Source: Clostridia bacterium
GTDB lineage: Bacteria > Bacillota > Clostridia > Oscillospirales > CAG-272
NCBI GenBank assembly: GCA_900767415.1
Contig: CAAFYZ010000031.1
Coordinates: 22,082 to 86,081, forward strand
Reading direction: 5' to 3'
DNA length: 64,000 nt
Shown one piece after another: positions 47,701-55,279 of the stretch. The notes beneath the pieces were generated by a model. The model had not been told where the DNA came from and did no database searches. It saw only the letters and a list, made by a program, of their open reading frames with translations. The translations under genes and the position numbers were made by a program. Each line of letters opens with the position of its first letter. Position 1 is the first letter of the stretch.

Positions 47701-49765
47701 CTCGGCATTTTCCGGTACGAAGATTGCCTCCCTCGAACTTCCCGCCGCTCTCCGCGAGATCGGCGACAGCGCATTCGCAAGATGCGCGGCTCTGACCTCC
47801 GTCACGATTTCCGACGGCATTGTCAGAATCGGCGAGTCTCTTTTCGCGAGCTGCACGGCACTTGAGAGCGTCACGCTTCCTTCGTCGCTGACCGCACTCG
47901 GCAACTTCGCGTTCAAAGAATGTACGGCTCTCCGCCACGTCACCTTCGGCCCCGACATTAAGATTACGGTATTGCACGTCGGCACCTTCGCGGGTTGTAC
48001 GGCACTGGAAAGTATCGAGATCCCCGCAAGCATGCTTGAGATTCCCGATGCGGACAAAGATATTCCGTCCTATGACAGAAATAAAGGTCTCTTTGAGGGG
48101 TGTACCTCTCTCCGCCTTGTTACCTTCGCGAAGGGAAGCAAGTGCACGAAGATCGGTGCCTATGCCTTCAAAGGTACGGCAATCGAGTCCTTCACGATTC
48201 CCGAGAGCGTCAGCACGATCGGCGAGTATGCCTTTGGCGAGACGCGTCTTGTGAACATCACTCTGCCGAACACCGTGACCTCTCTCGGCTCGGGCGCTTT
48301 TGAAAGGTGCGAATCTCTGACAGGCGTTACCCTCGGGAACGGCATCCGTTCTCTCCCCTACAATGCGTTCAGCAACTGCCCGGCACTTCGTGAGATCACT
48401 CTGCCCGCGTCGGTGACGACGGTGGACAGCGGCGCGTTCTACAACGACGACGACCTGACGATCAAACTTGCACCCGACAGCAGAATGAACCTTCTGAAGG
48501 GAATTCTCTACGACGCGAACTGGAACATCTGCATCTTCCCGGCGACCGTGACGGAATATGAGATTCCGGAGAAGCTGACCAAGCTTCCCGACGATTTCTT
48601 CGATTCTTACGGCGGCATCGCACAGCAACTGCGGAAGATCACGGTCGCGGAAGGGAATACCTCCTACGTATCGGAGGGCGGTGTCCTCTATACGGCGGAT
48701 AAGTCGAAGGTCCTCTTCATCAACGACACGGTAACGACTTTTGAGCTGACGGCGAAACTTCTCGAAAACAATGCCGAAGATCTCTTCGCCGCTCTGAATG
48801 CGGCACCCGCACTCACCACCGTGACGGTGGCATCCGACGTGACAGGATATCAGAGCGTCGGCGGCGTCCTCTACACGGCGGACTGGGAGATGGCGGTAGT
48901 CCCCTCGGCGATGACCGAGTTCGTGATTCCGAAACAGCTTCCGGAGATTGGATACGACGCTTTCCGCGACAACACTTCTCTGATTACCGTCAGTTGCGAG
49001 GCGCGCGGAGAGAGCGATCCCGAACTTGAGATTGCAAGCGGTGCGTTCTCCGGTGCGACAAGTCTGAAGACCGTCACCCTTCCCGGGAAAGTCACCTATA
49101 TCAGCTCCTCCGCTTTCTACGGGTGCAGTGCTCTGACGACGCTGAATCTGCCGTATCTGACGGCAGACGACAGTCTTGATCTCGAGTACGACATTCTCGA
49201 AAAGTTCTCCAACTGCGAAGCACTGGAAGCCGTGAATGTCGCCGAGAGCGCGGCATACAAGTCGATCGACGGTGTCGTCTTCCGGTATGACGAGTATGAA
49301 GGAGCATGGCTCATGCTCTTCTGCCCGCCGGCGAAGAAGACCTTCACGATCCCCGCGACGCTGGAAGTCCTTCCGTCCCTTTCCGGTTGCGCGTTTACGA
49401 CCGTAACCTTTGAAAAGAACGAAGACGGCAGTGAGAAGACGGGTGCCGCCACCCTCGAGATCGAAGGAATGGCGTTCTCCGAAATGACGAGTCTTACGAC
49501 ACTGGAACTTCCCTCGCGTCTTTCCTCGATCGGCGACTATGCCTTCTCGGGCTGTACGGCACTTTCGTCCTTCACGATCCCCGCGACGCTGACATACGTC
49601 GGCTCGGGTGCGTTCGAGAACTGGACGGCAGAGCAGACGATCACGGTGGATATGACCCGGGCGGAAGTCGAAGCCGAGATGGCGAAGACCGACGGAACGG
49701 GCATCTTCGCGTCCGACTGGCTGGACAGCTGTGCGGCAACCGTCAAATACAAAACGGCGGAATAA
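41786..49765 (+). CDS. Giant (2659 aa) surface lipoprotein: Listeria/Bacteroides-type repeats, Ig/FN3-like modules and a very long BspA-type leucine-rich-repeat array
   Basis: AGGAGG RBS. Signal and lipobox: MRKKSLGIVLAALALICALLLSLAGC. Flg_new-like units (YTVTYHTDGGSAV...DGFVFLGWYTDSTL...TLYARF). Repeated ...SWDAVTGA.YY.V... modules. Dozens of LRR_5-type units of the form IP.SV..IG..AF..C..L.S(V/I)T. Confidence 0.92.
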   Translation: MRKKSLGIVLAALALICALLLSLAGCGDDNKNPTPDDPTPTPSGEEAGVYYFDAGDSGEYLLTLGGNRQYTLAVKSDAESGSYTLSDGTLTLTAGSTTRTATLDGNVITLTYNDAQLRLLKKIFYTVTYHTDGGSAVASASVLNGKTLKTPADPAKDGFVFLGWYTDSTLKTPFAFGSAAVTGDMTLYARFAPKSADAKEYTVHYDLGYDGATLADAATVGGKLYDAATPARDGYTFVGWWLSDTASGQKLTSRFVGAEEKDATVFTEDTTLYAVWQKADAATATPAVSVNGKNASWDSVGAAAYLVTVTAPDGTVIVNAQRTTGTTFALNLPEAGEYKIEVVAVNAGGTAISDVATRYYTHLALARVGDFFVTDSSVLVFRGADGAEHYYITVDCGNPAHTHAAFDNGTSLCYNFSGCEMKRGGITFTVTATAKGRASSTATFAYERHLDAVTNLTVNGGVLSWDAVTGATYYLVKIGDTATLTVRGTELSLLSLVGGDYTVSVTPVTSGYNSPDAATLTFTKATPAVPKTLRLVGTLLSWDAVTGATSYEVKFAGVTLTVPEGATSVDLAGADIGFAEGADYALALKVVSDGGSAEKSVTVRYHEMADDLTYAVGKLTWTPVLGAETYEVQVGDGEILTVSDGSALCNLDTLEKAGENTLRVRFKSGTFTSEWKEITVTAYAVTLDSRGGTATETLYKAVGDPMTLPAPAKDGYLFSAWYNVPGGAESNGKKYADPYFASSGEIVLYAYYTPKSYTLHLSKGDDSDTTATVYYGKNYQLEVPATASATTSFGGWYSAPNGTGIAFTDPEGNSLSPWEYLDDDVTLYAFWVDNVLAFEKIGSGYAVSAGPRIDLVTSVTVPATYRGAPVLTVVSGAFANCDTITEIRLPDTLTDIAEGAFDGCEKLAALSVYSTGAASSRYSAVNGVLFDSGTSDARHAPRPVLMPAAMGGVYTVPAGTDVIPRRAFAGSKLTKIIIPTSVREIEAEAFAECKLLNSVVFENAGATSGAPALTIGERVFLNCDELTSIVLPARLGSIALARYTIVEGNFLEEGTPNAFEKCDFFAEVSVAKGHNAKFTSEDGVLFGDYGTTLLYYPCAKAAENYTIPDGVVKIAETAFSGCGSLKGALTIPGRVGEIGIAAFKGASGISSLTFGGGLTATDVTIADYAFDGHRIMTLTFEEGSMVRTIGAYAFRFGGSYSQQKEEKVITLPASLNTVGDGAFAGYGKLSVTFAAGDNTLSCGNNVFSDCEIGTLSLPKNMTALPNFFFGLSVENIVVDPANPVFLSDNGVLYTKNGEGKADVLVLYPASKSDASFEIPNTVTAIASGAFLGAQFSSVTIPSSVTSIGEQAFYYTPNLTSVTIPASVTDIGEKAFAAYSRYTKLTTVTFEDGDAVLTIGAHAFDNQKKLTAIILPARAKTIGDYAFYNTQGVTTLTLGGVETIGAHAFDSCYYAGEVTFPATLKSIGEKAFYCGSKWGGGSYSKITAYRFAEGSQLEFIGANAFENGIFEAFTIPASVKTVSDGAFYNAKNLATLTFEDGDTPLVFGATDEDSFTGVLYGTAVTGLSFPSRLVEIGRGACAYSKVATVTFGENSKLTTIGASAFMSAKIKNVTIPASVKNTTVIGIGNDAFSGCPLESVTFAPGTEPLTIGEDAFSAYGVENEKAMTSVTLPARLAPFTAADGTVIPALANGRDVFNWQLASFTVESGSTVYAAVDGVLYNADKTELFFCPRAKEGAVTIPATVKKIDAQAFYSCQSIASVTFADGSACKEIGDQAFYWCKTITTLVIPDSVAKIGKEAFVNCQGLESLTLPAAMTSFDKDMIKNCVKLTNLEIGGSANYQIVGGVLFTADGKTMIFYLPTLTATTYTVPEGVETIGEQAFNSNTSLTSVSLPSTLREIGKSAFSGCNALTEVTFAPGTAPLVIGYNSFAYTKIPSFTVPARTVSIEGAAFNGAALTELHFEQGSKLGYIGDSAFSGTKIASLELPAALREIGDSAFARCAALTSVTISDGIVRIGESLFASCTALESVTLPSSLTALGNFAFKECTALRHVTFGPDIKITVLHVGTFAGCTALESIEIPASMLEIPDADKDIPSYDRNKGLFEGCTSLRLVTFAKGSKCTKIGAYAFKGTAIESFTIPESVSTIGEYAFGETRLVNITLPNTVTSLGSGAFERCESLTGVTLGNGIRSLPYNAFSNCPALREITLPASVTTVDSGAFYNDDDLTIKLAPDSRMNLLKGILYDANWNICIFPATVTEYEIPEKLTKLPDDFFDSYGGIAQQLRKITVAEGNTSYVSEGGVLYTADKSKVLFINDTVTTFELTAKLLENNAEDLFAALNAAPALTTVTVASDVTGYQSVGGVLYTADWEMAVVPSAMTEFVIPKQLPEIGYDAFRDNTSLITVSCEARGESDPELEIASGAFSGATSLKTVTLPGKVTYISSSAFYGCSALTTLNLPYLTADDSLDLEYDILEKFSNCEALEAVNVAESAAYKSIDGVVFRYDEYEGAWLMLFCPPAKKTFTIPATLEVLPSLSGCAFTTVTFEKNEDGSEKTGAATLEIEGMAFSEMTSLTTLELPSRLSSIGDYAFSGCTALSSFTIPATLTYVGSGAFENWTAEQTITVDMTRAEVEAEMAKTDGTGIFASDWLDSCAATVKYKTAE

Positions 49766-49813
49766 GTAAACTTTTCTTCACCGACCTGAAAACTTTATGA
49801 GAAAGACGAAAAA

Positions 49814-49848
49814 AGCATTCGTCGGGCGTCCTATGCCCGACGAATGCT
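49814..49848 (+). terminator. Strong stem-loop after the giant gene (probable terminator, weak U-tract)
   Basis: Perfect 14-bp stem AGCATTCGTCGGGC-GTCCTAT-GCCCGACGAATGCT, followed by CCTTGCTGTTTT. Confidence 0.6.
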
Positions 49849-49941
49849 CCTTGCTGTTTTAAGGGGAGTATGTGAATTCTGTAGGCATATCCCGAAAATT
49901 CCCCTGCAACGGAAAAAATACGGATTCTCCCGCTTTTCCTG

Positions 49942-49991
49942 CGAAAACACGGGGAATTCCGAACCCTGTATAAGCCGCTTTCAGCGGCAGA
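49942..49991 (+). repeat. Copy A of a duplicated 50-nt leader element
   Basis: CGAAAACACGGGGAATTCCGA-(11 nt)-GCCGCTTTCAGCGGCAGA. The 21-nt and 18-nt blocks are identical to copy B, which lies 158 bp downstream. Confidence 0.85.
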
Positions 49992-50064
49992 TTCAAATAG
50001 GAGGCGCGTGAAATTTTTACGCTTGGTATGACAGAGCGTTTTCGTATTTCACGCATGAATTCCC

Positions 50065-50097
50065 CCGAAAACGGGACCCTCCCCGTTTCGGTTTTCT
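50065..50097 (+). terminator. Attenuator-like hairpin with U-tract between the two element copies
   Basis: CCGAAAACGGG-ACCCTC-CCCGTTTCGG followed by TTTTCT. It lies inside the leader of the MoxR operon. Confidence 0.4.
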
Positions 50098-50099
50098 CA

Positions 50100-50149
50100 C
50101 GAAAACACGGGGAATTCCGATACTGATATGCGCCGCTTTCAGCGGCAGA
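50100..50149 (+). repeat. Copy B of the duplicated 50-nt leader element, ending 2 nt before the RBS of the first operon gene
   Basis: CGAAAACACGGGGAATTCCGA-(11 nt)-GCCGCTTTCAGCGGCAGA, followed by ACGGAGGTTATT-ATG (50162). Confidence 0.85.
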
Positions 50150-50161
50150 ACGGAGGTTATT

Positions 50162-51292
50162 ATGCAACAAACATGGATCAAAGATTATAAAAAGCGGCTG
50201 GTGCGTGAAAAAATCGTTACCTCTGCGGCATTCGGTCTGACGATCGGTGCGGGAGCGGAATTTCTCGCGGCACTTCTTTGCTATCTCTTTGATTTTAAGG
50301 GACTTTGGCTCCCCCTCACGGTCGGCGGCGGTGTGTTCCTTATCGCGTCGGTGCTCCTCTACTTCTTCAAATTCCGTCCGTCGGAAAAAGATGTGGTGCG
50401 CCGCATGGATACGATGGGACTGGACGAGCGCGCGGTGACTATGTATGAGCTGAAAGAAGAGGATTCCTTCATTGCGAGACGGCAGAGAGAAGATGCCGTC
50501 GAGAAGGTCTCTTCGGTCAGTCGGGACAAGGTCCGTTCCTCCTTCCCCCTCTTTGCACTGAAAACGTGGGCAGTGGTTCTGCTCTTTACCGTTCTTCTCT
50601 CCTGTGCCGGAATGACGACGGTCGCCGCACTGGCAAGTGCCGGTGTGATCCCGTCGCCCGAAATTCTGCCGAATAAGGATCGCGAGAAATTCTGCATTGT
50701 CTCCTACCTCACCGAAGGGGAAGGGGATATTCAGGGAGAGCCGGAGCAGACGGTCGAGACGGGCGCGGACGCGACGACTGTCGTGGCGGTTGCCGATGAC
50801 GGCTGGATGTTCTCAAAGTGGAGCGACGGAGTCAAAGACCCCGCCAGAACGGACAGAAAGATTCTGGAAGACTTTTCCGTCACGGCGATTTTCGAGGAGA
50901 TCCCCGAGACGAGTGAAGATGCGGACAAAGAGCAGGGGAGCAACTCCGAAGAAGGCGATGCCGACAAGAACGCTCCCCTCGACCCGGACAGCGAGAGTTC
51001 CAGCCCCGCAGGCGGCGGCGACGGCGACGGCGGAGAAGGGAACGGAGAAGGCAATAAAGGCGACGGCAGTGGCAGCGGCAGCGGCGGTCAGGAAGGCGAC
51101 GGTAAGGGCAACGGCAAAGGCGAAGGCGCAGGCGGCGGTTGGTCGGACGGCAACCAGATCATCGACGGCAAGACCGATTACCGCGATGTCCGCGACATCT
51201 ATTACGATCAGGCAATGGAAATTATCCGCAACGGCGGTGAACTTCCCGACTATCTGCGCGAGTTCATCGAGCAGTATTACGGAAGCATCTGA
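50162..51292 (+). CDS. Three-TM membrane protein with a Listeria/Bacteroides-type repeat domain, an acidic Gly-rich linker and a conserved-looking C-terminal segment
   Basis: TM helices at about aa 18-43, 48-69 and 135-162. Next comes CIVSYLTEGEGDIQGEPEQTVETGADATTVVAVADDGWMFSKWSDGVKDPARTDRKILEDFSVTAIF, then D/E/G/S/N low complexity, then IIDGKTDYRDVRDIYYDQAMEIIRNGGELPDYLREFIEQYYGSI. Confidence 0.85.
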   Translation: MQQTWIKDYKKRLVREKIVTSAAFGLTIGAGAEFLAALLCYLFDFKGLWLPLTVGGGVFLIASVLLYFFKFRPSEKDVVRRMDTMGLDERAVTMYELKEEDSFIARRQREDAVEKVSSVSRDKVRSSFPLFALKTWAVVLLFTVLLSCAGMTTVAALASAGVIPSPEILPNKDREKFCIVSYLTEGEGDIQGEPEQTVETGADATTVVAVADDGWMFSKWSDGVKDPARTDRKILEDFSVTAIFEEIPETSEDADKEQGSNSEEGDADKNAPLDPDSESSSPAGGGDGDGGEGNGEGNKGDGSGSGSGGQEGDGKGNGKGEGAGGGWSDGNQIIDGKTDYRDVRDIYYDQAMEIIRNGGELPDYLREFIEQYYGSI

Positions 51293-51327
51293 CCACGGAA
51301 TTCAATAACGAAAAGGAAGACAAAACC

Positions 51328-52392
51328 ATGATAACAGAAGAAAATATCCGCGAATTCAGCGAAAAGTGCGACAATATCTTTACACAGCTCCGCCGCGATG
51401 TCATCGGTCAGACCGAGGTCGTGGAGGGCACCGTCATTGCTATGATCGCGGGCGGCAACGTTCTGCTTGAGGGCGTTCCCGGCGTCGGCAAGACCCGTCT
51501 TGTGCGCAGTCTCGGGCGCGTCTTTGATATGCCGTTCTCGAGAATCCAGTTCACCCCCGACCTGATGCCCGCCGACGTTACCGGTACGAACATCATCGTC
51601 AAGGGCGAGGACGGCAACTCCACGTTCCAGTTCCAGCCCGGTCCCATCTTCAGTAACATCGTGCTCGCCGACGAGATCAACCGTGCGACGCCGAAGACGC
51701 AGTCCGCATTGCTGGAAGCGATGCAGGAGCATACCGTTACCGTCATGGGTGTCTCCCGGAAAATGAAAGAACCCTTCTTCGTCCTCGCGACGCAGAACCC
51801 CGTCGAGCAGGACGGTACCTACCCTCTGCCCGAGGCGCAGATGGACCGCTTTATGTTCAACCTCATCGTTCCGAACCCGGGACTTGACGAGCTCATGGAG
51901 ATCGTCAACATGACGCAGAAGACCATGGCAGAGGTTGCCGAGCCGGTCTGCAGCGGCGAGGAACTTCTGAAGATGCGCGAGACCGCAAACGGCGTTCCCG
52001 TCGCAGACGATGTCATGCGTTATGCGATGACCCTCTGCTCCGCGACCCATGCGTCGGCAGACGAGGCGAGCGGTGCGGCGAAGAAGTATATCCGCCTCGG
52101 CGCCAGCCCCCGTGCCGGACAGGCACTCATCTCCGCCGCGAAGGTTATGGCACTGATGAAGGGAAGATACAACGTCGCATACAGCGACATCAACGCGCTG
52201 GCAAAACCCGTACTCCGCCACCGTATGAAGCTCAACTTCGAGGCGATCGCAGACAGAGTCGCTCCCGACACCATCGTGGATATGATTATCGAAGAGGTCG
52301 GTGAACGCTTCGGCATCAACCCGAAGAAAGAAGCCGCGAAGACCGAAGGCGCGGAAGAAAAGAAAAAAGGACTCTTCGCGAAAAAAGCATGA
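51328..52392 (+). CDS. MoxR-family AAA+ ATPase
   Basis: Walker A EGVPGVGKTRL and Walker B/sensor IVLADEINRATPKTQSALLEAMQE. The YPLPEAQMDRF motif is typical of the MoxR/AAA_3 family. Confidence 0.95.
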   Translation: MITEENIREFSEKCDNIFTQLRRDVIGQTEVVEGTVIAMIAGGNVLLEGVPGVGKTRLVRSLGRVFDMPFSRIQFTPDLMPADVTGTNIIVKGEDGNSTFQFQPGPIFSNIVLADEINRATPKTQSALLEAMQEHTVTVMGVSRKMKEPFFVLATQNPVEQDGTYPLPEAQMDRFMFNLIVPNPGLDELMEIVNMTQKTMAEVAEPVCSGEELLKMRETANGVPVADDVMRYAMTLCSATHASADEASGAAKKYIRLGASPRAGQALISAAKVMALMKGRYNVAYSDINALAKPVLRHRMKLNFEAIADRVAPDTIVDMIIEEVGERFGINPKKEAAKTEGAEEKKKGLFAKKA

Positions 52393-52436
52393 CTCCGAGG
52401 CCGCTCGGTCGAACAAAACAAAAGTAGGTTATCAGA

Positions 52437-53333
52437 ATGAAAGTCTCTTATCTGAACGACGCGTTTTTCAGCCGTCTCGAGACCTGCGCGCTTCATCTGC
52501 GCGCGGATCTTTCGGGATTCTTCGGCGGAAAGCACCTCGTCAAGACATACGGTCAGACCGTCGAATTCGCCGATTACCGAGAGTATATGCTCGGCGACGA
52601 TATCCGACGGATCGACTGGAATCTATACAGCCGTTTTGAAAAATACTTTCTGAAGCTCTTTACCGATGAGCGGCAGATGCACACGCAGATCTTCCTCGAC
52701 TGCTCCGGCTCGATGGGGAAGGTCAACCCGGGGAAAGGCGCTTATGCCATCGCGGCGGCGGCGGCACTCGGCTTCCTCTCGGTGCACAATACCGACAAAG
52801 TCTCTTTCAAACTCATGCGCGGGAATCGTGCGGAAGATCCGTACGGCACGCTCGTGGGGAAAAAGGCATTTTTCCGCGCCGTCGCGTCGCTCGAAGAGAC
52901 CGAATTCGAGGGCGAGTGCGACATCGCCGCGGCGGTGACGGGGTGCGAGTGCGGGACGCGGGACGGTCTTTCGATCATTATCTCGGATTTTATGACCGAT
53001 TCCGACTGGCGCAAGGCGGTGGATTATCTCCGCTATAAAAACCGGCAGGTGCTCCTTCTTCAGGTTCTGACACCCGAAGAACTCGATCCCGCATACAGCG
53101 GAAACGTCAACCTCGTGGACGCCGAGGCGTCCGATCTCTTCGACGATCGGAATATGCGTCTGAAAATCAATGCCGGCATGCTGAACGCATATGATGAAGC
53201 CATGCGGGATTTCCTCCTCGGGATCCGTACGTTCTGTTCGTCGCGCGACGCCGGCTTCATCACGGTAAACAGCAAAGAGCCGATTGAGCGCGTTCTCTTC
53301 GGTGAACTGCTGAAAGTAGGTATAATGAAATGA
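52437..53333 (+). CDS. DUF58 (VWA-like) protein, the usual MoxR partner
   Basis: VEFADYREYMLGDDIRRIDWNLYSRFEKYFLKLFTDERQ...FLDCSGSMG is the DUF58 signature. Confidence 0.92.
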   Translation: MKVSYLNDAFFSRLETCALHLRADLSGFFGGKHLVKTYGQTVEFADYREYMLGDDIRRIDWNLYSRFEKYFLKLFTDERQMHTQIFLDCSGSMGKVNPGKGAYAIAAAAALGFLSVHNTDKVSFKLMRGNRAEDPYGTLVGKKAFFRAVASLEETEFEGECDIAAAVTGCECGTRDGLSIIISDFMTDSDWRKAVDYLRYKNRQVLLLQVLTPEELDPAYSGNVNLVDAEASDLFDDRNMRLKINAGMLNAYDEAMRDFLLGIRTFCSSRDAGFITVNSKEPIERVLFGELLKVGIMK

Positions 53334-55264
53334 ATCTTGTTGCTCCTTTGGGTCTATTGGCTCTGGTAGGTACGCTCGTCCTCGTGCTGATCTACCTGAT
53401 CAAGCCCAACTATCAGCAAAAATTCGTTTCCAGTACGTATATCTGGAAACTCAGTCTGAAATATAAGAAGAAACGCGTTCCCGTCAGCCCGCTTCGGAAC
53501 GTTCTGATCTTCCTTTGCCAGCTCTTCGCGCTCGCGGCGTTCGGACTCCTCGTCGCGACCCCGGTGATCCGGCAAATGACGACCACACCGAAGAACGAAA
53601 AGATCGCCGTGATCGACGCATCGGCAAGTATGCTCGTGAAGACGACGGACGGCTCCCGCTTTGAACGGGCGGTGGCGGAGGTGGCGACTCTCGCAGAGGC
53701 GACCCTCGCGGAAGAGGGGGGCGCGCTCAGCGTCATCGTCGCGGATTCCGAGGCGTACGTCCTCGTTTCCCGTGCCACGAGCGAGAATCTCACCGAACTG
53801 AAAACGAAGCTCGCGTCCTTAACCGAAGACGAGTTGAAATGCGGTTTCGGTTCTGCCGATCTGAACGGTGCGGCGTCGCTCGCCGAGGATATTCTGAAAC
53901 AGAATTCCGAGTCGCAGGTACTCCTGTATACGGCGACCGACTATATCGACAAAGGTGATTTCACCGTCGTGAACGTCGCGTCGGAGGACGACTTCAACGT
54001 TGCGGTTCTCGGCTGTCAGCCGACCCTCTCGGAGACAAACGCCTATTCCTTCACGGTCGACGTCGGCTGTTACGGTAGGACGAAGCCGGTGGAGGTCACC
54101 TGCGAGATCTACGGCGTCAACAAAAAGCGGGATAAAGACGGTGCCGTCACCGATCCCGGGAAAAGTCTGATTGCGAAGAAGACCGAATATTTCAGCGATC
54201 TCTCTCCGACGAAAACGATGATCTTCTCGGTGGAGGATTTCCCCGACGCAAACGGCGAGCCGATCCTCTCGTATGAGTATATGTATGTGCACCTGGACGA
54301 GGCGGACGGTTTTGAGAAGGACAACTCCTACAACGTCTACGGAGGAGAGAAGACCACGCTCAGAATCCAGTACGCAAGCTCCCAGCCGAACAACTTCTTC
54401 TCCGGTATCCTGCGCACCCTGCGGCAGTCGAAGAAGGGAAGTTTCAATATCGAAATTCAGGAGGTTGCGCCGGCGGCGGCAAAGACCGAAGGGTTCGACC
54501 TCTATATATACGAACATAAAATGCCCGAGGAGATGCCGACCGACGGTGTCGTCATGCTGGTCGATCCCGACAAGGCACCCGAGGGGAGCGGACTTCGCTT
54601 CGGCAATCTCGTCTCGGTGAACAGCTCGTCCACTCTGGCGTCCGGTACTTCGCACCCCCTGACCTCGGGGGTGAACCCCGACCGTATCACGGTTGCCGAA
54701 TACCGGAAGGTCCTCTCGTCCGACGGCTACGAAGAACTCCTCTACTATCACGGCGACCCCGTGATGCTTTCCAAAAAAGATGACGGCAAGAAGGTCATCG
54801 TCCTCGCCCTGAACCTCAACAAGTCGAGTCTCGGCGTCGTCGTGGACTTCCCGGTGCTTCTTTATAACATTTTTGAATATTATCTTCCTGCCACGCTGAC
54901 ACGGAACGAGTGCGAGGTCGGCGGGACGGTCCTCTTAAATCCCCGCGGCACGGACGCGACGTTCGACGGTCCGGGATATGCGAAGCTCCCTCTTTCGGAG
55001 CTCCCCGCGAGCTACCGACTCACGTTGCCCGGTGATTACACCGTTACGCAGACCGACATGAGAGGGAACACCGAGATCGATCAGATCTTCGTCCATGTTC
55101 CCGCCTCCGAAAGCGATATTACAAAGCAGGTGGACAGTCTCCCGGGACTGCATACGGAGACGACCATGGTAGAGTCGGATATCGACCTGCTCTTCTGGAT
55201 CGCTCTGTTCGCGCTCGCCTGCCTGTTCCTTGAATGGTGGCTCCATTCGCGCGAGAGAAACTGA
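53330..55264 (+). CDS. BatA_N-type double-TM protein with a VWA domain and C-terminal TM anchor
   Basis: MNLVAPLGLLALVGTLVLVLIYLIKP...second TM..., MIDAS-like VIDASASM, and a C-terminal LLFWIALFALACLFLEWWL. ATGA overlap with DUF58. Confidence 0.88.
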   Translation: MNLVAPLGLLALVGTLVLVLIYLIKPNYQQKFVSSTYIWKLSLKYKKKRVPVSPLRNVLIFLCQLFALAAFGLLVATPVIRQMTTTPKNEKIAVIDASASMLVKTTDGSRFERAVAEVATLAEATLAEEGGALSVIVADSEAYVLVSRATSENLTELKTKLASLTEDELKCGFGSADLNGAASLAEDILKQNSESQVLLYTATDYIDKGDFTVVNVASEDDFNVAVLGCQPTLSETNAYSFTVDVGCYGRTKPVEVTCEIYGVNKKRDKDGAVTDPGKSLIAKKTEYFSDLSPTKTMIFSVEDFPDANGEPILSYEYMYVHLDEADGFEKDNSYNVYGGEKTTLRIQYASSQPNNFFSGILRTLRQSKKGSFNIEIQEVAPAAAKTEGFDLYIYEHKMPEEMPTDGVVMLVDPDKAPEGSGLRFGNLVSVNSSSTLASGTSHPLTSGVNPDRITVAEYRKVLSSDGYEELLYYHGDPVMLSKKDDGKKVIVLALNLNKSSLGVVVDFPVLLYNIFEYYLPATLTRNECEVGGTVLLNPRGTDATFDGPGYAKLPLSELPASYRLTLPGDYTVTQTDMRGNTEIDQIFVHVPASESDITKQVDSLPGLHTETTMVESDIDLLFWIALFALACLFLEWWLHSRERN

Positions 55265-55279
55265 GAAAGGAGAAACAAC

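Noticed and set aside
41912-48628. A 2238-aa ORF on the minus strand inside the giant LRR gene, the longest ORF in the track after the gene itself.
   Set aside because: It is exactly codon-in-phase antisense to the real gene (48626 - 41786 = 6840 = 3 x 2280). It stays open simply because the sense gene uses no TTA, CTA or TCA codons over that span, a consequence of strong GC3 bias. Its product is Arg/Gly/Val/Asp-rich low-information sequence with no RBS or recognisable motif.
49859-50170. A 103-aa minus-strand ORF spanning the duplicated leader, and a 7-codon GTG mini-ORF after copy A (50008-50031).
   Set aside because: The minus ORF has no RBS and runs antisense through obvious RNA-structure elements. 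The mini-ORF's GTG lies only 3 nt from the AGGAGG, too close for initiation, so it looks like a decayed duplicate of the real RBS and start.
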